Shown one piece after another: positions 30,298 through 37,764 of a DNA stretch of 37,764 bases. The position numbers and the translations under genes were made by a program. The notes below the pieces were generated by a model. The model made no database searches and was not told where the DNA came from. It was given only the letters and a program-made list of their open reading frames with translations. The first letter of the stretch is position 1. Each line of letters begins with the position of its first letter. Location: contig JAYPQH010000003.1 of the NCBI GenBank assembly GCA_038131935.1, forward strand, positions 1 to 37,764, given 5' to 3'. Source of the stretch: Alphaproteobacteria bacterium. GTDB taxonomy: Bacteria; Pseudomonadota; Alphaproteobacteria; UBA8317.

Positions 30298-30422
30298 AGT
30301 TGTAAGATAAAAGCTTGTTTGATGGACTTTTGCATACAACCCCCCTTGGCCCAGCGTTAAAGATCGTCTAAGTCGCGTTCGACAAACCCGTCATATTTTT
30401 AACGATAGTTTATGAGGACCTT

Positions 30423-30845
30423 ATGGCCATTGAACGTACCCTTTCTATTATCAAGCCAGATGCAACAAGACGTAACCTTGTTGGAAAAATTGTCGATCGT
30501 TTCGAAACAGCTGGATTACGCATTGTTGCCCAAAAGCGGATGCAGTTAACTGAAGCACAGGCTCAAGCTTTTTATGCAGTACACAAAGAGCGGCCTTTTT
30601 TCCATGAGTTGGTATCATTCATGATTTCAGGACCTGTTGTTGTACAAGTTCTCGAGGGTGAAAATGCCGTCATGAAAAATCGTGAGGTTATGGGGGCAAC
30701 CAACCCAGCTGATGCGGCGGAAGGCACCATTCGTGCTGATTTCGCAGAATCAATAGAAGCCAATTCTGTTCATGGATCTGATGCCACCGACACAGCTGCG
30801 GAAGAAATTGCATTTTTCTTTGCCGGCACTGAGATTGTCGGTTAA
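30423..30845 (+). CDS. ndk: Nucleoside diphosphate kinase
   Basis: [17 protein letters not shown] and NSVHGSD. Confidence 0.99.
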   Translation: MAIERTLSIIKPDATRRNLVGKIVDRFETAGLRIVAQKRMQLTEAQAQAFYAVHKERPFFHELVSFMISGPVVVQVLEGENAVMKNREVMGATNPADAAEGTIRADFAESIEANSVHGSDATDTAAEEIAFFFAGTEIVG

Positions 30846-30846
30846 A

Positions 30847-31491
30847 TCATTTGTTCGTAGCAACAATCTGAAGATATTCTTGGACGGCTTGCGTTCTGAT
30901 AAGTTCGTCATCCGTCCACGTCACTTTATTTTCCACAACTGCTGTTACAGCTCGGCCCAACAATTCATGTTCCCATGGTAATAATTTTGAAGCTAATGTT
31001 TCTGCGGAGTCACCATGACTGATGGGCAGAACGGCTTGACCAATAACAGGGCCTGCATCGACGTCTTCAACGACAAAGTGAACCGTGCATCCAGCAAACA
31101 AGACATGATCATCCAAAGCCCGTTGATGGGTATGAAGACCACGGTAATCGGGCAAGAGTGAAGGGTGAATATTTACCAATTTCCCTTGCCATTTTCGCAC
31201 AAATGTCTTGCCAAGAAGTTTCATGAAACCAGCAAGGATAACAAACTCAATATTTTGCTCATCAAGAATATCGGTAAGATTGCTCTCAACATATTCTTTA
31301 TCTTGTCCTTTGTAGTTCATGACATAAGTAGGCAAGCCTTGTTGTTTTGCCCATGTCAGTCCTGCGGCATTAGCAACATTACAAACAACCAACGCCACTC
31401 GAAAAGGGCAATCATCATCTTCGGATAAGTTGACGAGATGCTGCATGTTGCTGCCGCGGCCTGAAATCAAAATAGCGATATTTTTTTTCAT
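30847..31491 (-). CDS. purN: Phosphoribosylglycinamide formyltransferase
   Basis: ISGRGSNM, LAGFM, NIHPSLLP, GCTVHFV and DAGP. Confidence 0.97.
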   Translation of the reverse strand: MKKNIAILISGRGSNMQHLVNLSEDDDCPFRVALVVCNVANAAGLTWAKQQGLPTYVMNYKGQDKEYVESNLTDILDEQNIEFVILAGFMKLLGKTFVRKWQGKLVNIHPSLLPDYRGLHTHQRALDDHVLFAGCTVHFVVEDVDAGPVIGQAVLPISHGDSAETLASKLLPWEHELLGRAVTAVVENKVTWTDDELIRTQAVQEYLQIVATNK

Positions 31492-31497
31492 ATGTAT

Positions 31498-32544
31498 TTA
31501 GAGCCCATGCAACATAAGAGGCTGCGAATTTACCCTTTGGGTTATGGTACCGATTGGTGAAGCTGTCATGTCAAAAGCCGAGAAATTGGCACATACAGCA
31601 CCGGCATTATCAGGATGACAGACAACGCAAAATCCTATGCCCATATTAAATGTCCGCAATGCCTCTGTTTTTTCAATTTTTGTATGGGACAGAAGAAAAG
31701 AAATAACTTCCGGTGTTTGTATTTGACTTACATCGATCGTTGCAGAGAGTTCTTGAGGAAGAATTCTTGGAAGATTTTCTATAATGCCGCCGCCTGTAAT
31801 ATGGGCAAAGCCATGGGCTAAATCACGATCAATACAGTCTAGTGCAGGCTGTACATAGATTCTTGTAGGCTCTAACAAGGCATCACTGATACGCACAGAA
31901 CTTTGTGGCAATGTTTTATGAGCATCTATGGCACATTCTTGTATGATTTTTCGAACAAGAGAGTAACCGTTTGCATGAAAACCAGATGATGAAACGCCAA
32001 TAATAATGTCGTTTTCTGCTATCTTACGTGGAAGTTTGAGATGTCTTTCTACAGCGCCAACAGCGAAGCCCGCGAGATCAAATTTGCCAGAGTCATAAAC
32101 TCCAGGCATTTCCGCTGTTTCGCCCCCGATTAAGGCGCATCCAGCTTCACGGCAACCATCTGCTATTCCCTCTATAATTTGAAGATGTTGTGGATGTTCT
32201 AATTTGCCAGTAGCAAGATAATCAAGAAAGAAAAGAGGTTGACCTCCATGAACAATCAAATCGTTGACACACATAGCAACCAAATCAACACCCAGTCCTT
32301 GAACTTTCTGAAATTGGCGCGCCAACTCAACTTTCGTACCTACGCCATCTGTTGCTGCAAGCAGAATTGGGTCATCAAAACCCGTGGCTTTAAGGTCAAA
32401 AAAACCTGCAAAGCCGCCTAGGCCATCCATCACGCCACTGCGCCAGGTTCTCTTAACAAGATGACCAATATCATCAACAAATTCTTGGCCTTTTTGAATG
32501 TCCACACCAGCATCTTTATATGTCGAGGTGTTCTGCGCCATCAT
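31498..32544 (-). CDS. purM: Phosphoribosylformylglycinamidine cyclo-ligase
   Basis: YKDAGVD, TDGVGTK, GGETAEMPG, AHITGGG and TFNMGIG. Confidence 0.98.
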   Translation of the reverse strand: MMAQNTSTYKDAGVDIQKGQEFVDDIGHLVKRTWRSGVMDGLGGFAGFFDLKATGFDDPILLAATDGVGTKVELARQFQKVQGLGVDLVAMCVNDLIVHGGQPLFFLDYLATGKLEHPQHLQIIEGIADGCREAGCALIGGETAEMPGVYDSGKFDLAGFAVGAVERHLKLPRKIAENDIIIGVSSSGFHANGYSLVRKIIQECAIDAHKTLPQSSVRISDALLEPTRIYVQPALDCIDRDLAHGFAHITGGGIIENLPRILPQELSATIDVSQIQTPEVISFLLSHTKIEKTEALRTFNMGIGFCVVCHPDNAGAVCANFSAFDMTASPIGTITQRVNSQPLMLHGL

Positions 32545-32655
32545 GGTTTCCTTTGCGTCTGCGGGTTTACAAAGTGCCGCTTGTCATGCGGAATAGATTT
32601 TAGTTTCCTATATAGGACTTAAAAGATTTTGGGAATTAGCGGTTTTGTGCTTACC

Positions 32656-33276
32656 ATGATGCAACAAGAATACATGAAATTTAAAAGCCACATGGCTCAG
32701 GACTTCTCCACATTTGCTTGTAATTCAGAAACGAAGACGTTGATTACGCAACTCCAGCTTATTAAGCCGGAGCCTTACCTCTTGGTACATCTAGAAGGAC
32801 CGAAGAAATCAGGAAAGAAACATCTTGTTCGGGGGTGGCTTTCGCACCATCACATCAATCGTGAGATGGAGGAACGATACATTTGTGATGCGACAGCGTT
32901 AGATAATGACCCTGAAGCTGTTTTTCATGTCTTAACCCGTGCATGGCATGAAGGACATGTCATTTTCTTGCTGTCTTACCCTGCAGGTACTGAGCGTTTG
33001 AAGGCCTTGGCTGATGTTCGATCACGTATAAATGGGGGTGTGTCTTTGCGTATTCCTCCGCCATGTGACTTGACGTTGACCGTCATAATCATGCGGGAAT
33101 TGCAAATTCATGGTATGCAGATTGCTGATCATGATATGCAATATTTGCTGCGTCGCATGCCAAGAGATGCCCAGACGGCTGTAACAATCGGTCGTTACCT
33201 GGCTGATTATATGGCAAGAACCAATAAAAAAATTACGAAAGATGTTTTGTTTACGGCTTTGTCACAAAATCAATGA
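32656..33276 (+). CDS. hdaA: HdaA/Hda-like DnaA-related regulatory inactivator, divergent
   Basis: Degenerate Walker A GPKKSGKKHL, DVRSRI (cf. DLxSRL), YLLRRMPR and an N-terminal Q-x-x-M-x-F clamp-binding-like motif. Divergent from purM and upstream of ppk1, as in other Alphaproteobacteria. Confidence 0.75.
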   Translation: MMQQEYMKFKSHMAQDFSTFACNSETKTLITQLQLIKPEPYLLVHLEGPKKSGKKHLVRGWLSHHHINREMEERYICDATALDNDPEAVFHVLTRAWHEGHVIFLLSYPAGTERLKALADVRSRINGGVSLRIPPPCDLTLTVIIMRELQIHGMQIADHDMQYLLRRMPRDAQTAVTIGRYLADYMARTNKKITKDVLFTALSQNQ

Positions 33277-33380
33277 TAAAGATGGTATAATACGGTTTTC
33301 TAGCTTATGTTCCAGACGATGCCGCATTTTTAATTGATACAGAACATCAAAACTTAATTCTATAGTGGAGAGGAATAGCC

Positions 33381-35463
33381 ATGCAGGATCTCTTTTGCCA
33401 GCCAGATAGATTTTTTAATCGCGAAACATCTTGGCTTGAATTCAATAGAAGAGTGCTGGAAGAAAGTGAAAATCCCTCACACCCATTCTTAGAGCGATTA
33501 AGGTTTTTATCTATTTCGGGTAGCAATATTGACGAATTCTTCAATGTGCGTGTTGCTGGGCTTTATGGTATGGTGCGAGAAGGTGTAGAAGCGGTGAGTC
33601 AAGATGGGCTTACACCTTTGCAACAAATCCAAAAAATTAATGCCGTGGCGTCCGAACTGGTGGAGCATCAGCAGCAACGCTGGGAAGGTTTCAAAAGTGA
33701 ACTTCGCCATCATAACATGGCCGTTTTAGATGATAGCGAAATTGATAGTTCTGATCATGAATTTCTTGATCAACATTTTTTGGAAAAAATATTTCCTGTT
33801 CTTACGCCTCTAGCTATTGATCCTGCTCATCCATTCCCGTTCATTCCTAATTTAGGTATCGCTGTTGTTCTGAAATTATGTCGAAAAATGGATGGAGAAG
33901 AACTGAATGCATTGGTTCCTATTCCCCAATCCCTCCCTAGATTTGTGAGGCTTCCTAACCGTGATCATATGATCCGTTTTATTACGCTGGAGCAAATCAT
34001 AGGAATCAAACTGGATGTTCTGTTCCCAGGTTACATGGCAGTAGCCCATGGTTCTTTTCGGATTTTGCGTGATAGCGATATCGACATAGAGGAAGAGGCA
34101 GAAGATCTCGTTCGTATGTTCGAAAGTGCTTTGAAAAGACGCCGGCGTGGGGATGTCATTAGGCTAGAGTTCTCCCGGGAAACACCTGTTGAATTACGTG
34201 AAAAGGTTAGGGCGGAATGTGAAGTTGAAGAACATGACATTGTTGAAATGGCAAGCTTAATTGGTTTGATGGATATTAAAGCACTGATTGTGGATGACAA
34301 ACCGGAACTAAAATTCCCCCCGTATAATCCTCGTTTTCCTGAGCGGATAAGGGATCACGGGGGAGATTGTTTTGCCGCAATTAAAGCTAAAGATATTGTT
34401 GTACATCATCCCTATGAATCATTCGATGTAGTCGTCCAATTTTTACGGCAAGCTGCTCGAGATCCAGATGTTGTTGCTGTTAAACAAACTTTATACAGAA
34501 CCTCTAACAATTCCTCTATCATTCAAGCACTTTGCGAGGCGGCAGAAGCGGGAAAAGCAGTTACGGCATTGGTGGAGTTAAAAGCTCGTTTTGATGAGGA
34601 AGCAAATATTCAATGGGCCAGAGATTTGGAAAGGGCTGGGGTTCAGGTGGTTTATGGTTTTGTAGACCTGAAGACCCATGCAAAAATTTCTATTGTGGTC
34701 AGGCGAGAAGACGGCGAGCTCAAAACTTATTGCCATTTCGGCACAGGAAATTACCATCCTATAACAGCAAAAATTTACACGGACTTATCGCTCTTTACCT
34801 GTGATAAGCAATTTGGTCTTGATGCTAGCCGTATTTTTAACTTTATAACAGGTTATGCTGAACCGAGAGATCTCATGAAGGTTAACGTTTCCCCTGTTGG
34901 GCTAAAGCCAACGATTATTAAATGTATTGATGATGAGATAAAACAGGCTGAAGCTGGCAATGTATCTGGTATTTGGGCGAAGATGAATTCTCTTGTGGAT
35001 CCAGATGTTATTGACGCCCTTTACCGCGCATCGTGCGCAGGGGTACCAATTGTACTGATTATTAGAGGCATATGCTGCTTACGTCCTGGAATTCCAGGAT
35101 TGTCCGAAAATATTCAGGTGCGTTCTGTGGTCGGACGTTTTTTGGAACATTCTCGTATTTGTTGTTTTGCGAATGGCTCAAATTGCCATCACGCGAAGCA
35201 AAGGTTTTATATCATCAGCTGATTGGATGCCACGTAATCTTAACCGTCGTGTGGAAACCTTGGTGCCTGTTGAAAATGAGACGGTCCATCAACAAATTCT
35301 TGATCAAATTATGGTTGCAAACCTGAAAGATGTGCAACAGAGCTGGAATTTAAAACCAGATGGACGATATGAGAGAGTTATTGATAGTGATGAGACAGGT
35401 TTTAATCTTCATCACTTTTTTATGACCAACCCAAGCTTATCAGGCCGCGGCTCTGCTGGTTAA
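33381..35463 (+). CDS. ppk1: Polyphosphate kinase 1; two frameshifts near 35180 and 35205
   Basis: [52 protein letters not shown] and SADWMPRN. Adding one A and one T restores [19 protein letters not shown]. Confidence 0.97.
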
Positions 35464-35502
35464 AAGCCTTGTCGAAAAAAGTTATGCTTTGGGAGGTCGT
35501 GA

Positions 35503-35895
35503 TTGAACATAAATTTTGAGGACCAACGTTTGTTTAAACAGCTTGAGCGTGATCGTTTTGCTGTTATTGATATAGGATCTAATACAGTTCGGCTTGTCGT
35601 CTTTGAACAAAACCAAAGTAGTTTCGTGACAGTCTTGAATGAGAAGTTGTCTATTGGTTTAGGAAAGCTTGATGATGAGGGCAATATCCCAAAAGATAGT
35701 GTAATTTCCCTCCAAAAAGGGATCAGACGATTTCGAACTGTTTGCGAAGCTCATAATGTTGGTTTCATCAAAGCCTTTGCGACAGCAGCAATGCGCGATG
35801 CGCGTAATGGCCCTGATTGTCGGTCACTTGTAGAGAATAATTTGGGAACGTCCGTTCAACTTCTTAGCGGTTCTCAAGAGGCTTATTATGCAGGT
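35503..35895 (+). CDS. ppx: Ppx/GppA phosphatase, 5' part only, truncated at the junction
   Basis: AVIDIGSNTVRL, ATAAMRDARN and LSGSQEAYYAG, after which similarity is lost. Follows ppk1; GGAGG RBS before the TTG start. Confidence 0.88.
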
Positions 35896-35900
35896 CGTCG
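35888..35900. other. Junction between two unrelated genomes (probable chimeric read or misjoin)
   Basis: ppx (+) and rdgB (-) both break here. Hand-counted GC is 23/60 at 35581-35640 versus 35/60 at 36601-36660, and indel density jumps. Confidence 0.85.
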
Positions 35901-36410
35901 GCGGCATGGATCTCGCGCCCCTCTGGAGATGAACAGTGGGTCATAGCCAAAGCCACCTTGCCTCGAGGGGCTTCGGCGATTTTGCCGAACCAGCGGCCCT
36001 CGGCAATGACGGGTGTCGGATCTTCTGCGTGTCGCAAGAGCACCACGACCGCCACATAAAACGCTGTGCGGTGGTGTCCTGTTAGCGACGCCATATTTGC
36101 CAGAAGCACGCGTTATTGCCCTTGTCCCCTTCACTGGAGTAGCGAGCAGATCGCAGTCCCGTTTCGCCTCCGAGCGCGGCATGACTAGTCCCTGAATCGT
36201 CGGTCAGCGACGCGCAATCTGGCGATACGCATGCCTCGCCTTAAGGGCGCATTTTCGACAAAAGGTGAGTCCGGTTTCGGCGACTTCCGATACGCCGAGT
36301 TCGCCCTGAGTGTAATCCGCTAGCGATCACCCAGTACCCTCATGGAATTCTTTAATTTTCCCTGGGTTATGACTGGCAATCACTAGCCTCGGTCTTTCCG
36401 TTGAATTCAC
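35896..36410 (-). CDS. rdgB: RdgB/HAM1 non-canonical purine NTP pyrophosphatase; multiple frameshifts, 3'-truncated
   Basis: N-terminus LVIASHNPGKIKEF, RTAFYVAVVVLLRHAEDPTPVIAEGRWFG and GFGYDPLF lie in different frames; the C-terminal SHR motif is missing. Confidence 0.85.
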
Positions 36411-36413
36411 TGT

Positions 36414-36834
36414 CTAGCCCTGCCGCCAAAGCTGCACTTTCATTTTGTGTTCAAAGGGCGACTCGGCGCCCTCGGGCTGGAAGGTGAATTCGAAGAAGCG
36501 GTATTCCCGATCCAGAAATTCAAGGGATAATGTGATCGGTCCTTGACAATAGCGATCTCTTTGATCTCCATTTCGCCGCCGGTGATTAAATCCCAAGTGC
36601 GTCCCTCGATGACCATCGGGCGTCCAGCAATTTCTCCTGACTCCACATCGCGAACGGACAGCGTCAAAATGGCTTTGTCAGCCCCGCGTGCGATACCGTA
36701 CTCCGCTGCCTCCTGAGGAGACAAGAAGGTGGTGTAGACGATGCTGTGATGGAGCTCGTACTGATCAAAGCGCGTCGATTGTTGAGCCAATGCTGAGGCG
36801 GTAGCGGCGAGGCATAGAACGACACCGGTAATCA
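36414..36834 (-). CDS. DUF4426-like exported protein; frameshifted, start uncertain
   Basis: Signal peptide ...LAATASALA-QQ, then FDQYELHHSIVYTTFLSP...AEYGIARG; lies between metW and rdgB. Confidence 0.7.
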
Positions 36835-37439
36835 GCCTCCCGAACGACGAATGCGATAGATGGCGCTGGTGGCAAAAAGGTTGGGGCGCCACTTCGCCAG
36901 CAGGTGCTGGGCATTCCCTGAGATGGTCGCCCGCTCGATGATGTCGATCTCTAATGCTGAGCACAGCGCTTCAAAATCCCTGACGGTGCAAAAGCGGATG
37001 TTCGGTGCGTCGCACCAATGTAGCGGCATGGCGCGCGACATCGGCATTTTACCTTTGACTCCCAAAGGCAACCTGCGTAGACCAGCGGCCAAAGTCCGGG
37101 AGAGAAAACAATCGCTTCATCGGCAATGTCGACCATACGTTGCAAAGCGATGTGTGGATGGGTGAGCTCTCTGAAGGGCACGTGGGCCGGCACCACCACA
37201 TCAAACCGATTGGCGGTGAAGCAGTGCAGGCCGTCATTGATATCCCCTCTGAATGACATCCAGTCCCGCTTTGCTACTGCGGCGACCAGATTGTTGGGGT
37301 CGATATCGACGCCAACGCCGATCGCGGCGCGCTCATCTCTAAGACGCGCTAAAAATGTGCCGTCACCGCAGCCGAGATCCAGCACGCGACTACCTGTGGG
37401 CACCCAGTCCAGCACCGTCCTGAGATCAAGCCGATTCAT
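36832..37439 (-). CDS. metW: Methionine biosynthesis protein MetW; frameshifted
   Basis: RLDL...WVPTGSRVLDLGCGDG, GKMPMSRAMPLHWCDAPNIRFCTVRDFE and WRPNLFA; directly downstream of metX with an ATGA overlap. Confidence 0.9.
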
Positions 37440-37764
37440 GACGGTCCCACCCGGCGCATCCACTGTGCGAGTAAGGCTTCATAGGTGGGATTGGGCAATA
37501 GGAAACCATCGTGGCCGTCATCTGTCTCGATGTTCGCGTATGTCACGGATTTCCCCGCCGCCATCAGCGCGTCTCGGATCTCAATGGATCGCTGAGGCGG
37601 AAAGCGCCAGTCAGAACTGAACGAGGCGATAAGAGGCAAGACGCTTGCGCTTACGCGATAAAGCGGCAAACCAGATCTCCCCCCGTGTTCCGAGGCCAGG
37701 TCAAATAGGTCCAGCGCGCGCGTGTCATCAGCACGCATAGGTGTTGGCATCAAACTGAGGAGAA
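37436..37764 (-). CDS. metX: Homoserine O-acyltransferase MetX, 3' part; frameshifted
   Basis: FDANTY...TRALD across frames, FSSDWRFPP (catalytic Asp) and GHDGFLL (catalytic His). Confidence 0.9.
   Translation of the reverse strand, partial: LLSLMPTPMRADDTRALDLFDLASEHGGRSGLPLYRVSASVLPLIASFSSDWRFPPQRSIEIRDALMAAGKSVTYANIETDDGHDGFLLPNPTYEALLAQWMRRVGPS

Noticed and set aside
32545-32655. DnaA boxes or a replication origin near hdaA
   Set aside because: No TTATCCACA-like 9-mers were found by eye in the purM-hdaA gap.
4114-34804. Numerous 60-180 aa antisense or alternate-frame ORFs (e.g. 4549-5082, 13491-13841, 27705-28082, 29325-29651)
   Set aside because: They are shadows of well-supported genes and show no motifs of their own.
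35896-35946. C-terminus of the 147-aa ppx ORF (RRRHGSRAPLEMNSGS) as a mini-Ppx
   Set aside because: It is read-through into the antisense strand of rdgB beyond the junction.
35896-37764. metX-metW-DUF4426-rdgB as a decaying horizontally acquired island
   Set aside because: These are core genes with no mobility signature, both junction genes are truncated, and the damage looks like indel noise from a low-quality read segment.
1-37764. CRISPR arrays, tRNA/rRNA genes, IS elements, prophage or defence systems
   Set aside because: No periodic repeats, cloverleaf or rRNA signatures, or transposase, integrase or phage motifs were seen. Nearly all sequence is accounted for by housekeeping genes.

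Overview
Positions 1-~35,895 are a compact, AT-leaning housekeeping region of an alphaproteobacterium. The gene order is typical of the class: ETHE1-type persulfide dioxygenase-rhodanese fusion | panB-yfgM-bamB-der | rpsF-rpsR-rplI-dnaB-alr-mlaE-mlaF-radA-cvpA-purF-SDR | fabD-fabG-acpP-fabF-mltG-gmk | lptF-lptG-lptD-surA-pdxA-rsmA | pepA-holC-ndk | purM-purN | hdaA-ppk1-ppx. At ~35,895 the sequence switches abruptly, mid-ppx and mid-rdgB, to higher-GC, indel-riddled DNA with the gammaproteobacterial order metX-metW-DUF4426-rdgB. This most likely makes the window a chimeric long read or misassembly. Seven single-base frameshifts in core genes (bamB, purF, dnaB, surA, pepA, ppk1 x2) look like sequencing errors. 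The most unusual feature is an in-frame LptG-LptD fusion that keeps an internal signal peptide in topologically correct position; it could be a signal-peptidase-processed polyprotein, but one base in a T6 run would explain it as an artefact. Other leads are a ~650-nt palindrome-rich gap between the persulfide dioxygenase and panB, and a structured rpsF leader. I found no rRNA, tRNA, CRISPR array, prophage or IS element. All calls come from motif recognition and synteny, not database searches.
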